Shown in pieces: positions 1 through 9,884 of a stretch of DNA of 64,000 nt. Both the position numbers and the translations under genes were made by a program. Under the pieces are notes generated by a model. That model ran no database searches. It saw only the letters and a list, made by a program, of their open reading frames with translations, and had not been told where the DNA came from. Every line of letters begins with the position of its first letter. The stretch's first letter is position 1. Source of the DNA: an uncultured Chloroflexia bacterium (lineage in GTDB: Bacteria; Chloroflexota; Limnocylindria; Limnocylindrales; CSP1-4); contig CAVYIM010000003.1 in assembly GCA_963768655.1 (NCBI GenBank), forward strand, positions 832,001 through 896,000, given 5' to 3'.

Positions 1-2
1 TC

Positions 3-707
3 AGCGACCAGACCGAGGGACGCATCCCGAAGCTGCTCGACAGCCTCGACGCCCTGACGCGGCTCGTGCTGGTGAATGCGATCTACCTCAAGGCACCCTG
101 GCAGACACCCTTCGATAAGTCCGGGACCACGAACTCACCGTTCACGCGGCTGGACGGCTCGCAGGTGAGCGTGCCGACCATGAGCCTCGGTCTGTCGGAA
201 GGCAGCTACGCCTCCGGCACCGGCTGGCAGGCCGTCGAGCTCCCGTACGCCGGCGGCTCACTCGCCATGACCATCGTGGTCCCCGACGATCTGGCCACCT
301 TCGAAGCCGGCCTCGATGCGGCCCGCTTCTCAGCGATCACCTCCGCCCTCGGACCGGCGGCCGTGGATCTGACGCTGCCCCGCTTCGATATCGAGACCAA
401 GTCCGACCTGGCGTCCGTGCTGGCGGGCATGGGCATGCCCCTGGCATTCGATCCGGATCGGGCCGACTTCTCGGGCATCACGACGCAGGAGCCGCTGTAC
501 ATCTCGAAGGTCGTTCATCAGGCCAACATCTCGGTCGACGAGAATGGAACGGAAGCCTCCGCGGCGACCGCCGTCCAGATCGAAACGCTCGCGGCTCCGG
601 CCAAGCAGGTGACGCTGCACGTCGACCGACCCTTCATCTTCGCCGTCCGCGACACCAAGACCGGGGCGATCCTCTTCCTCGGCCGGGTGGTCGATCCGTC
701 CGAATAG
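3..707 (+). CDS. Serpin family protein (5' truncated by window edge)
   Basis: Open frame from position 3 (SDQTEGRIPKLL); serpin motifs LVNAIYLKAPW, hinge ENGTEASAATAV, and DRPFIFAVRD..TGAILFLGRV. Confidence 0.95.
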   Translation, partial: SDQTEGRIPKLLDSLDALTRLVLVNAIYLKAPWQTPFDKSGTTNSPFTRLDGSQVSVPTMSLGLSEGSYASGTGWQAVELPYAGGSLAMTIVVPDDLATFEAGLDAARFSAITSALGPAAVDLTLPRFDIETKSDLASVLAGMGMPLAFDPDRADFSGITTQEPLYISKVVHQANISVDENGTEASAATAVQIETLAAPAKQVTLHVDRPFIFAVRDTKTGAILFLGRVVDPSE

Positions 708-895
708 CGGTCCGCGGCCCCATTCCTGGTGCCGCGGCTGCGTCTCGCGCGCTCCGATTCGCGCCACGCGGCGGGTGCGGCCGCTCGAGTCGGACGACGA
801 CGAGCAGAGCCGGGCCGGCGTAGCGAGGCAGCGCACGGTCGGGAGCTATCCGGGCGACTGCAGGACGAGTAGGTCGGCCGTCCACCCAACCCGGA

Positions 896-1249
896 TCAGC
901 AGGTGACGTGGATGACCGCGGCCGTGTCGGCGACATCCGCGGCCGAGAGCCGTTCGCATGCCTCGGCGGTGGGGAGCATCAGCAGCTCGACGCCTCGGCG
1001 GCGGGCCTCCTCGATCACATCCGGCGCAACTGGCAGGCGGCCCTCGGCGCCCGTCCCGACGATCAGCCGGCGGCAATGCCAGGGCAGGGGCTCCGCCGTC
1101 GTAAGCGGTGTGTGGCCGTACCGCTCGCGCTGCGCTTGCGAAGGCTTCTTGTGGCGGCGCGAAACCCGGCCACGCTCGACCAGGACGTCGTGGTCGTAGG
1201 TCTTGCCGTCGATCTCGACGAGTCCGAACTCGACCAGGCGGGCTTTCAT
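896..1249 (-). CDS. Mth938-like (DUF498/598) domain protein
   Basis: FGLVEIDGKTYDHD, LIVGTGAEGRLPV, PTAEAC and C-terminal IHVTC match the Mth938 family pattern. Confidence 0.8.
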   Translation of the reverse strand: MKARLVEFGLVEIDGKTYDHDVLVERGRVSRRHKKPSQAQRERYGHTPLTTAEPLPWHCRRLIVGTGAEGRLPVAPDVIEEARRRGVELLMLPTAEACERLSAADVADTAAVIHVTC

Positions 1250-1371
1250 GATGGCCTCAGTATGCCGCCGCGCCGGTCGACGGGGACGCGATTCGGTAGA
1301 TTGCGCGGCCCAAAGGCGAGCGGCCGCCGGGCAGGACCTTCGACGGCCGCTCTTCCATTCCTGGACGCCGT

Positions 1372-2407
1372 TCAGGCTCTGGCCCGCGTCTCCGCCAGGT
1401 ATCGGTCGAGCTGGTCGAAGGTTCCGGCGAAGCCCTGCTCCATCCCGTCGAGCCCGCCGCGGAAGGCCTGGAGCTCACTCCTCGGACGCGTTGATGGGGC
1501 CGCCTCGCAGGGTCAGCTTCGTCTTGCCGTCGTGCTCGCTGAGGGTCAGGGTGTTGAGCACCTCCAGCGGCCACCCGGCGATCCAGGGATTGCGGGTCAC
1601 TCCGCAGTTCGCATCTGAGAAGGAGTTGACGAAGACGATGCGCTCCTGCGGGACGACTTCGCGGTAGACGAACCTGCCCCACATCTCCCGGCCGTTCGGC
1701 GGCCGGATGCTGTAGTGGAAGACGCCGCCGGGACGTAGATCCAGGCTGCGCACCCGCATCTCGAAGCCCGCCGGACCCCACCACCGCGCCAGTCGATCGG
1801 GCTCGGTCCAGGCCTTCCAGACCAGGTCGCGCGGCGCATCGACGTCGTGCTCGGAAGCGAATTCGGGGCCGACTGCGGCGCCGGCGGCTCCGGCGCCGGC
1901 GGCTCCGCCTCGCCGCAGCTGTGCCAGCAACTCGTCGAGGCGGTCGAAGCTCTCGGCCTCGCCGCGCTCCATCCCCGACCCGATCATGCCGTCGCGGGAC
2001 TCGAGCGAGTCGAAGAGTAGATGCTGGGATAGCGTCGTCCTGCCGTCCTGTTCGGACAGGATGTTGGTGACGACCACTTCGTGTTCGTTGACCGGCGCGA
2101 CGTCGTAGATCTGGGTGAAGACGATTCGTCCGGGTGCCGCGATCTCGCGGTAGACACCCTTGAACGGGTGCGTCCCGCCGTCCGGCGACCGCTGGACGAA
2201 GCGATAGGCGCCGCCCGGGCGCAGGTCGATCTCGCATTCGGTCAGGGCGTAGCCTCTGGGGCCCCACCAGTTCATCATGTGCTCGCACCCGGTCATCGCC
2301 TCGAAGACGAGTGCGCGCGGCGCGTCGAAGGTGCGCGTGATTGAGACCTCGCGATCCGAGGCAAGAGTGAGCGTCATTCGATTCGCAATCTGGTCGACCA
2401 TTTCCAC
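1372..2407 (-). CDS. Tandem SRPBCC/AHSA1 domain protein, +1 frameshift near 1477
   Basis: Two AHSA1 repeats (TRTFDAPRALVF..WWGP; DAPRDLVWKAWTEP..WWGP). The track ORF stops at ASEE*, but the shifted frame continues ELQAFRGGLDGMEQGFAGTFDQLDRYLAETRARA* to 1372, the expected C-terminal helix. Confidence 0.85.
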
Positions 2408-2416
2408 GTTCCTTCT

Positions 2417-2926
2417 CTAGTGGCGCGCGGTGGGTGAGGCGCGCCGAAGCTCGGCCTCGAGGTTGTCGAGCAGCTCACGCGTGCCCTGCTCGCGCTGACT
2501 CGCGAAGTCCTGGCCGTCGAGGAAGGCATCCTGCTCGGTGAGGACGAAGTGCGTCCCGGGGCCCGAAGGCAGCAGCTCCAGCGTCGCCAACGAAACGGAG
2601 ATCAGCTTCTCGTCGAGGTGCATCTCGTAGGCGTAGACGATGCGCCGGCCGGGCACGATGTCGTGGTAGGTGGCATCGAAGATGTGCGTCTGGCCGCTCG
2701 GGGCATGGCTGCTGAGGTGTTCGTGCCCGCCGGCGCGGAAGTCGAGCCGATGGTCCGAGCTCCGCCATCGGTCGGGGCCGACGAACCATCGAGCCTTTGT
2801 CTGAGGATCGGCGAAGGCGGCGAACACCTGCGCAGGCGTCGCCTCGAACCGACGCTCGATGACGAATGTGGCGTGCTGCGCCGACGGTTCGGCGGGCCCG
2901 AGCGCGCCAGGAATGCGGAGTGTCAC
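2417..2926 (-). CDS. SRPBCC/AHSA1 family protein
   Basis: HATFVIERRFEATPAQVFAAFADP..RWF..LDFRAGG..REQGTRELLDNL; GTG start overlaps the ArsR stop (GTGA). Confidence 0.9.
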   Translation of the reverse strand: MTLRIPGALGPAEPSAQHATFVIERRFEATPAQVFAAFADPQTKARWFVGPDRWRSSDHRLDFRAGGHEHLSSHAPSGQTHIFDATYHDIVPGRRIVYAYEMHLDEKLISVSLATLELLPSGPGTHFVLTEQDAFLDGQDFASQREQGTRELLDNLEAELRRASPTARH

Positions 2927-3261
2927 TTTCCTTCTCCTGTGCCCTGCAGTTCGCGAAGGTATTCGTCCAGCCGGTCGTAGCTCTCCTCCCAGAATCTGCG
3001 GTATTGCTCGACCCAGGCCGCCACGTCCCGGAGGGGCTCCGGGTCGAGCCGGCACGGACGCCACTGAGCCCGGCGACCCTGCTCGATCAAGCCCGCGCGC
3101 TCCAGTACGCGCAGGTGTTTCGAGACGCCGGGCAGGCTCATGTCGAACGGCTTCGCCAGCTCGGTGACCGTTGTCTCGCCGAGAGCCAGGCGGGCGAGAA
3201 GGGCCCGTCTCGTGGGGTCGGCGAGGGCGGCGAGGGTCTTGCTGAGAGGATCGGCGTGCAT
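2923..3261 (-). CDS. ArsR/SmtB family transcriptional regulator
   Basis: ALADPTRRALL..VTELAKPFDMSLPGVSKHLRVLERAGLI; typical ArsR partner of SRPBCC genes. Confidence 0.95.
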   Translation of the reverse strand: MHADPLSKTLAALADPTRRALLARLALGETTVTELAKPFDMSLPGVSKHLRVLERAGLIEQGRRAQWRPCRLDPEPLRDVAAWVEQYRRFWEESYDRLDEYLRELQGTGEGK

Positions 3262-3281
3262 GACCAATGCTTAGCTGGTGA

Positions 3282-3291
3282 GTTATATAAC
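3282..3291. promoter_or_regulatory. Palindrome GTTATATAAC, putative ArsR operator
   Basis: Perfect 10-bp AT-rich palindrome between a TTGACG/TACTTT promoter-like pair (- strand) and the ArsR start. Confidence 0.5.
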
Positions 3292-3558
3292 CTGCGAGTA
3301 AAGTACGCCCCGGCTGCGAGGCGTCAATCTCGGTTCCGCACCGCGGGTCTCGGCGCCGATAGGAGTGAGGCGCGGTCAGTTGCGGCAGTCGTGGCGGTCG
3401 CGGCAGTCGCCCGCGCCCGCGCCGCGAACGCGTGCTACTGCGGTTTGGTCTGACCAGAATGCCGGCCGGGCCCGGCATCCCGCGCCGCTCCCCGCGCCGC
3501 TCCCCGCCCCGCGCCTCGCTCCACCCCGGAGCGGCCGCCGTGCCGCGGTCCCTCGAAC

Positions 3559-4536
3559 CTACACGACCCCCAGAGGCCGCTCGATGGCGGCGTCGGTGCG
3601 GAAACGCCGGTCGACGAGGACGCGGATCACGTAATCGATCTCCAGCCCTGCTCCGTCGAACGATGGCCCCGACCCGGCCGGCACGAGCAGGCTGGCCTGG
3701 GCCGCGCCGCTGTTCAGCGACGCCGGATCGATCGCCGCCGAGGCGATGATCCCCTCGGTTCCGTTGGGGCAATTCGTACGACGGTGGATCTCGATGCGGG
3801 CCCCCTGCCCGGACGGTGCCGAAGGCCAGGAGACGGTGACGTTGACCTCCTGGCCGGCCGGCGCCGGCAGCGGCGACGTCACGTTGATCGTGGCGTCGCC
3901 CACGGGCACGCCGGCCATCAGGCTCGTGCCGCCCTGCTTGCCAACCCCGGCGCGAAGAAGGTCCGGGTTCTGGGCCAGAGGCATGTACAAGGCGGCCCAG
4001 TGATCGGAGCCCATGGCGATGTCCCACCGGACCTCGAGCGCCCAGGCGATGATCGACTCGCCGAGATGCGCCGTGGGCGGTCCCAGCGGCGGCGCCGGAA
4101 CCGCGAACGTCGACTCCCATACAGTGCCAGGCTGGAGGCTGGTCGGGATCGGCGGCTCCAGGAAGGAATCAGCGCTGAAGAGCTTCCCGGAAGTCTCGAC
4201 CCAACGTTCGGTCCACTCGACCTCGCCCTTCGAGTTGCAGTGGTCTTCCTCGCGACGAACCTCGTCCAACCGCAGGCCCACGAGCCGCAGGTATGCCTTG
4301 CGAGCGTTGACCTCCATTGCGGCCGTCAGCCGAACATGGCCGGTGATGCCATCGCCGACTCGAGCCGGCTGGTCAAGGGCGAACTCACCCGTCACCGCGC
4401 CGTCGCTTGGGTTGAGCAGCTCCTCCGGGCTGACGGAGTGGAGGGGATGGCTGCCCTCGCCGCCGGCGAGCCGCGGCCCGTTGATGGCATCGAACGGAGA
4501 TGGCGCCGATCCTGTACGACCGCCGAAGAAACCCAT
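3559..4536 (-). CDS. Hypothetical protein with two arrestin/Spo0M-like beta-sandwich repeats
   Basis: GGAGGG RBS before ATG 4536; repeated motif FAVPAPPLGPPTAHLGESIIAWALEVRWD / LLVPAGSGPSFDGAGLEIDYVIRVLVD. Confidence 0.6.
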   Translation of the reverse strand: MGFFGGRTGSAPSPFDAINGPRLAGGEGSHPLHSVSPEELLNPSDGAVTGEFALDQPARVGDGITGHVRLTAAMEVNARKAYLRLVGLRLDEVRREEDHCNSKGEVEWTERWVETSGKLFSADSFLEPPIPTSLQPGTVWESTFAVPAPPLGPPTAHLGESIIAWALEVRWDIAMGSDHWAALYMPLAQNPDLLRAGVGKQGGTSLMAGVPVGDATINVTSPLPAPAGQEVNVTVSWPSAPSGQGARIEIHRRTNCPNGTEGIIASAAIDPASLNSGAAQASLLVPAGSGPSFDGAGLEIDYVIRVLVDRRFRTDAAIERPLGVV

Positions 4537-4725
4537 TGCTGTGCCCTCCACGGCGTGACGGGTTTAGCTGTGAGCGTCCGCGCGATATCGCACAGACTAG
4601 CATCGGCGCGTTCGACCAGGCGCGGCATCGGCAGAGCGGGCAGGCGGACTGCCCGCGCCGGCTCCGCCAGCCGAGAAGAGCCCGCCGGCTCATCGGCGGG
4701 CTCTGGACTCGGGCACAAAGGGCTG

Positions 4726-6162
4726 TCAAGCCGCCGGCTCGACCTCGCCTCGCAAGAGACTCGCTGCCGGCTCCCTGGTAGCGGTGCGCCGCAGCCGGGC
4801 CACGCCCGCCGGCAGCGCCAGAGCCATGGCCGAACCCAGCGCCACCGCCGCGGCTCCCGCGAAGACTCCGGGTATGAGCCCATTCACGTAGGTCTGCGGA
4901 GTGGCGTACGAGCCGCTGGCCGAGAAGATCGCGCCCAGGACGGCCACGCCGAAGACGCCGCCGAGCTCACGGATGGTGTTGTTCGCGCCCGAGGCCTTGC
5001 CTTCATCCTCCCGCGGCACCGCCGACAGAACGACGTTGGCAATCGGGGCGAAGAAGAGTCCCATGCCGGCGCCACTGACCACGAATGCTGGCACGAGGCT
5101 GGAGTAGGGGACCGTCGTAGAGGTGATGGCGGCGATCCAGCCCAGGCCGATGGCCTGCAGGGCGAGGCCCGCAGCGAGGATCGATCGCCCGCCAATTCGA
5201 CCCGACGCCCAGCCGGCGATCGGCGCGACGATGACGGGCGTGGCGGTCCACGGCAGGATGTGGAGACCGGCATCGAGCGGGCTCAGTCCGCGCACAAGCT
5301 GGAAGTACTGCGAAAGCAGGAAGATCGAGCCGAACATTCCGAACGACATCAGGAACGAAACGCCGTTCGCTACGACCGAAGCCCGCCGGCGGAAGAGATG
5401 GAGCGGCAGCATCGGCTCGGCTGCCCTCGCCTCCCACGGGAGGAAGGCAACGACGAGGGCGGTGCCGGCCGCGATGGCGGCCACGACCTGGCCGTCGGTC
5501 CAGCCGCGCCCGTTGCCATGGGTCACTCCCCAGACCATGAGGAGCAAACCGACGCTGGCGATCGCCACTCCGACCAGATCGAGCGACCGGCCCGGGGCCT
5601 TGCTTTCGCTCAGGCGCAGGTAGGCCAGGATCATCGCCGCGATTCCGATCGGGACGTTGAACCAGAAGATCCAGTGCCACGACACGCCCTGAGTTATGGC
5701 GCCGCCGACCACCGGACCGACGGCCACGGCCAGGCCGCCGATGCCGCCCCACGCTCCCAGCGCGAGAGGCCGTCTCTCCGGGGAGACAGCGTCGGACAGG
5801 ATTGTCAGCGTCAGCGGCATGGCGAAGGCTCCGCCGAGGCCCTGCAGCGCCCGAGCCAGGATCAGGGTGCCGCTGGAAGGCGACAGGGCGGCGCATGCGG
5901 AACCGACCGTGAATAGTCCCAGGCCGATGATCAACATTCGCCGCCGACCAAAGCGGTCGCCCAGCGCCGCGCCCATCAGCAGCAGAGCCGCGAAGGTGAG
6001 GGTGTAGGCGTTGACAGTCCATTCGAGGTCGCTGAGAGAGGCTCCGAGATCCCGCCGGATGACCGGTAGGGCCATGGTCACCACCAGGTTGTCCAGGCTG
6101 ACCATGAAGAGGGCCGTCGCGGTGATGATGAAAGTCCAGAGTGGCGAGGCTCGACGAGCCAT
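4726..6162 (-). CDS. DHA2 (EmrB/QacA) family MFS efflux transporter
   Basis: LFMVSLDNLVVTMALP, WTVNAYTL, LGDRFGRRR motif A; about 14 TM segments. Confidence 0.95.
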   Translation of the reverse strand: MARRASPLWTFIITATALFMVSLDNLVVTMALPVIRRDLGASLSDLEWTVNAYTLTFAALLLMGAALGDRFGRRRMLIIGLGLFTVGSACAALSPSSGTLILARALQGLGGAFAMPLTLTILSDAVSPERRPLALGAWGGIGGLAVAVGPVVGGAITQGVSWHWIFWFNVPIGIAAMILAYLRLSESKAPGRSLDLVGVAIASVGLLLMVWGVTHGNGRGWTDGQVVAAIAAGTALVVAFLPWEARAAEPMLPLHLFRRRASVVANGVSFLMSFGMFGSIFLLSQYFQLVRGLSPLDAGLHILPWTATPVIVAPIAGWASGRIGGRSILAAGLALQAIGLGWIAAITSTTVPYSSLVPAFVVSGAGMGLFFAPIANVVLSAVPREDEGKASGANNTIRELGGVFGVAVLGAIFSASGSYATPQTYVNGLIPGVFAGAAAVALGSAMALALPAGVARLRRTATREPAASLLRGEVEPAA

Positions 6163-6225
6163 CGAGATTCTCCTCTGATATAAGTGATCAGTCGCTAAGT
6201 TACGCCGACAAAAAAGGGGTGTGCT

Positions 6226-6786
6226 CTAGCAGACGGCAGGCGGCCCTCCGATCAGTGACTGAAAGAACTCCTCGACCGTTGAAGCGTTGCTGATGCTGGC
6301 GGCGACGTTGATCAGCATCCCTTCGGCGAACCAAGCTCGAACCTTGTCGGCGCCGGCGCCCGAGATATCGGTCACGGCCTGCCAGAGCGCCGCGTAGTTG
6401 GTGCCGACCACGGCCTGAATGTCGGGGTCCTGGCAAGCCGCGTAGGCCTGGAGCTGCAGCCTCAGCATGTTGCGGTCGGCCAGAAGCAGGCGGATGTAGG
6501 CATGCCCCATCTCCTCGAGGATCTGATTCGGGCCAAGACCGGCCCCGCGTGCCATCTTGCCCGACTGCTCGAAGGCCAGCCTCGTCCTGTCGAAGCAGTC
6601 GCGGACGGCGGCGATGAACAGCTCCTTCTTAGTGCCGAAGAGCTGGAACAGATACGGCTGCGAGACGCCCGCCCGGCGGGCTATCGCGTCGGTTGACGTG
6701 CCGGCGTAGCCGGTCTCGGCGAACTCGATCGACGCGGCGGCCACCACCTCGGTGCGGCGCTCTTCTGCGGTCAGACGCGTGCTCAT
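6226..6786 (-). CDS. TetR/AcrR family transcriptional regulator (probably leaderless)
   Basis: FAETGYAGTSTDAIARRAGVSQPYLFQLFGTKKELF HTH; second ATG (6786) lies 6 nt after a -10 box. Confidence 0.95.
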   Translation of the reverse strand: MSTRLTAEERRTEVVAAASIEFAETGYAGTSTDAIARRAGVSQPYLFQLFGTKKELFIAAVRDCFDRTRLAFEQSGKMARGAGLGPNQILEEMGHAYIRLLLADRNMLRLQLQAYAACQDPDIQAVVGTNYAALWQAVTDISGAGADKVRAWFAEGMLINVAASISNASTVEEFFQSLIGGPPAVC

Positions 6787-6792
6787 GGGCAT

Positions 6793-6821
6793 AACTTAGT
6801 GATTACTAAGTTTGTTGTCAA
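6793..6821 (-). promoter_or_regulatory. sigma70-type promoter overlapped by TetR operator
   Basis: TTGACA-17 nt-TAAGTT on the - strand; inverted repeat AACTTAGT-GATT-ACTAAGTT (6793-6812) covers the spacer and -10. Confidence 0.8.
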
Positions 6822-7012
6822 CTGGAGACCCTGGGCTTTGGCGCGTCAAAGGCGCCTTTCAGCCGGGCCCAAGGATCGCCGGTCACCATCCCTTCGAGAT
6901 TTGTGTTGGCGCACGTACTTCGGGCGATCTGCCTGAGACGCGATCGCCCAGCGCTCGGAGCCGTCGGCCGGACGGCGCCGGGCGAATAGCCGCGCCGCGG
7001 GGGCTCTCCTGA

Positions 7013-8716
7013 TTGGACGTGACTGGACAAGCTGACCCTCGCGACTCGAGGCTCTACTCGAGCGCCGAGAGGGCCGGATACGCTCTTCCGAACGCACCGT
7101 CGTCGGGTACCGGCAGGCTCAGGAGAGACTGGCCGCTGGCCCTGGGGCTGGCTGCGGTCGCGTTCGACGCAACCTTCAGCATCGCCACGGCGCACGCGCA
7201 CACCCCTGCGGGCGTAACCGAAACGGCAGCGGTTCGGGCCATCGTGGCCGCCGTTCCTCTCGCCGCCGCGGCGCTGGCGGCACTCGCGATCTTCCGGCCG
7301 TGGCCGGCCTTCCTGGCGGTGCTGCTGCTGACGCCGGTATGGGATGCCGCCCAGGTGTCCTGGTATACGGACAACTTCCAGGTGATCATGCAGACGGTCT
7401 TCGTAGTCGCCCTGGGAATCGGCTGTCTCGTGTCGCGAGGTCGCCGGCGCTCGGCGGCAGGTGGGGCCGCCGCGCGGGATTCCTGGTCCGCCTATGTCGC
7501 AGCCCGCACGCTTCGCAGGTTGGCGCCGTCGCTCTCCGCGCGGAGTGTCGCGGGTCTGGCCGTCGTGGGCTTTCTCGCCCTGGCGCTGGCATCGACCCAG
7601 GTCTCGCCGAACTACGTGGAGAGTCGGCTGGTGCTGGCCCACGGGATCCTGGAGCCGATCGCCATGGGCCTCATCCTGCTGGCGTTGCGACCGAATCGAA
7701 CCGATCTCGCTCTGGTCGCCATCGCGCTTGGCGTGTCGGCCGCCATCGGCTGCCTGCTCAACATGCTCCAGACCGTGCCCGCTGCGACATCTCTCTCCAT
7801 GTTGCAGGCCGGGCGATTCGACTTCTCGCTGCTCACGTACAACAACGTCGGGCTCCTCGGTGAGGTGCTGGCGATGGCGGTGCCGCTGCTGGTCGGGACG
7901 CTGCTGGCCTGGCGTTCGCTGCGCCTGGGCGCCTCGACGGTGGTACTCCTTGTCGTGGCGCTGGCGGCCTGCCTGGCGGGCCTGTTCCTGACCTTCTCCA
8001 AGAGCGCCTGGCTGGCGACCTCGATCGCGACGACGCTGCTGCTCGTGCTCGCCGCCCGGAGCTGGCGCGGCCGGGCCGGGATCGTGCTCGCTGCCGGGCT
8101 TCTGACCACCATCGTGATCCCGTGGCCGGCCCTGGTGCTGCAGTACACGCCGACGCTGGACGCCGCCTATCGGACCGTGATGGTGCGGATCGTCGGCGCG
8201 AGCCGGTTCGATTCGTGGAACCCGGCCACCGTCGCCGGCCAGGGTTCGGTGATGTTCCGAGTCCGGGCCATCGAGGCGGGCGTTCACATGGCCGTCAACC
8301 ACCCGCTGCTCGGCGTCGGCCTGGACGAGTTCCACTACTACTACATGCACGGATACGCCGTTCCGCCTATCGACACGTGGATCGACCACGCCCATTCGAT
8401 CTGGCCCGAGCTGGCCGCCGAGCTTGGCTTCCCGGGGGTGGCGCTGGCGGTCGTGATCTACGCGGCCGCGCTGCTGGCGCTCTGGCGGGTCTACCGCAAC
8501 CCGCCCGACGGCGCCACCCGCCTGCTGGCGGCGACGTTCATGGCCGCCATCATCTCGTGGATCATCGTTGCCACCGCCTTCGGCACCGACATCTATCGGT
8601 CGGCGCGGAACATGTCCTCGGAGGTCGTCATGATGGCCGTAATCGTGGCCGCAGCCTTCGCCCTGGCCCGCTACTCCCGCGAGGCGATGGGCCGCCCGGC
8701 CGGCGCCGGACGCTAG
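7013..8716 (+). CDS. O-antigen ligase / Wzy_C family membrane protein
   Basis: Multi-TM; LTFSKSAWLA, HPLLGVG and HAHSIWPELAAELGFPG motifs; start uncertain. Confidence 0.85.
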   Translation: MDVTGQADPRDSRLYSSAERAGYALPNAPSSGTGRLRRDWPLALGLAAVAFDATFSIATAHAHTPAGVTETAAVRAIVAAVPLAAAALAALAIFRPWPAFLAVLLLTPVWDAAQVSWYTDNFQVIMQTVFVVALGIGCLVSRGRRRSAAGGAAARDSWSAYVAARTLRRLAPSLSARSVAGLAVVGFLALALASTQVSPNYVESRLVLAHGILEPIAMGLILLALRPNRTDLALVAIALGVSAAIGCLLNMLQTVPAATSLSMLQAGRFDFSLLTYNNVGLLGEVLAMAVPLLVGTLLAWRSLRLGASTVVLLVVALAACLAGLFLTFSKSAWLATSIATTLLLVLAARSWRGRAGIVLAAGLLTTIVIPWPALVLQYTPTLDAAYRTVMVRIVGASRFDSWNPATVAGQGSVMFRVRAIEAGVHMAVNHPLLGVGLDEFHYYYMHGYAVPPIDTWIDHAHSIWPELAAELGFPGVALAVVIYAAALLALWRVYRNPPDGATRLLAATFMAAIISWIIVATAFGTDIYRSARNMSSEVVMMAVIVAAAFALARYSREAMGRPAGAGR

Positions 8717-8762
8717 CCGGCCGACCCGGCCGCGAGGCCGAAGCGTGGCCTGGGCCGACCGC

Positions 8763-9884
8763 CTACCGGAGCGCCTTTTCGGAGTAGCGCTCGAGCCGCT
8801 CCAGCGCCGCCGGGAGGTCCGTGCGGCCGTACCCGATCCGGAAGTGATTGCCCGTGTCGCCGAAGAGTGTGCCGGGGAGGATCAACGCTCCGGTGTCGCG
8901 AACCAGCTCCTCCGCAAACGAGTCGACCGGCCGATCCGCGAGCAGGCGGGGGAAGCCGACGCTCCCTCCGCGCGGCCGCACCCATTCGAAGACGCCGGCC
9001 CACCGCTCGAAGAACCCATCGAGATGCCGCAGGTTCGCCTCGACGATGGCGCGGTTGCGCGCCAGGACGCGGTCCCGGGCGCGCAGCGCAATGAGAGCCA
9101 GCACCTCGGAAGGGGCCGAGTTGCATATCGTCGTGTAGTCCTTGAATGCGGCGAGCCGGGCCAGCAACCGGCGGTCGCGCGTGGCAATCCAGCCGACGCG
9201 AAGCCCGGCCAGCCCGAACGACTTCGACATGACGCCGATGCTCACGCCCGTCTCGAGCGCATCGGCTCCGGCCGGCAGACGGTCGGTTGGATCGAACTCC
9301 AGGAAACGGTAGACCTCATCGACTATCAGCCGGGCGCCCAATTCGGCCGCCAGCTCGACCAGCCGGTCGAAGGTCGGCCGGTCGCTCAGCGAGCCCGTCG
9401 GGTTGTGCGGCTCGTTGACCAAAATCAGCCGCGTGTGCGGCCGAAGGGCAGCTCGCACGGTCGAGACGTCCAGCCGCCAGCCGTCGGTCTCACGCAGCTC
9501 GATGCGCGACACGTCCGCACCCGCGCCACGCGCCACTTCGGCCAGCGACTGGTACGCAGGCCGGACGATGACGGCATGGTCGCCCGGCCCGAGGAGGACG
9601 TTGTGGAGGGCGAAGATCGCCTCCTCGGCGCCGGAGAAGACCAGCACGTCCTCGGGAGAGACTCGCTCGTACAGCGCCGCTATCTCGGCGCGCAGCGCCG
9701 GGTCGCCCTGGGATTCCGTGTAGCCCAGCCGCAGCTCGTCCCACCGGCGCCGGCAATCTTCGTCCGCCAGCTCGAGAAGGTCGCGGACCGGCCAGCCTTC
9801 CACGTCGGACGCGCACAGAAGCATCTCCGCGCTGAATTCCCAGCGTGCGAAGAAACGCTCCAGGGCGAAGTCGGGCAGACGCAT
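8763..9884 (-). CDS. PLP-dependent aminotransferase class I/II
   Basis: NEPHNPTG, DEVY and SKSFGLAGLRVGW motifs. Confidence 0.95.
   Translation of the reverse strand: MRLPDFALERFFARWEFSAEMLLCASDVEGWPVRDLLELADEDCRRRWDELRLGYTESQGDPALRAEIAALYERVSPEDVLVFSGAEEAIFALHNVLLGPGDHAVIVRPAYQSLAEVARGAGADVSRIELRETDGWRLDVSTVRAALRPHTRLILVNEPHNPTGSLSDRPTFDRLVELAAELGARLIVDEVYRFLEFDPTDRLPAGADALETGVSIGVMSKSFGLAGLRVGWIATRDRRLLARLAAFKDYTTICNSAPSEVLALIALRARDRVLARNRAIVEANLRHLDGFFERWAGVFEWVRPRGGSVGFPRLLADRPVDSFAEELVRDTGALILPGTLFGDTGNHFRIGYGRTDLPAALERLERYSEKALR

Noticed and set aside
3784-5916. Long antisense/alternate-frame ORFs (e.g. 3784..5916 +, 6818..8395 -, 30144..31919 -, 53534..55084 +)
   Set aside because: Shadow ORFs of high-GC coding regions; Arg/Gly/Pro-rich with no motifs and overlapping well-supported genes
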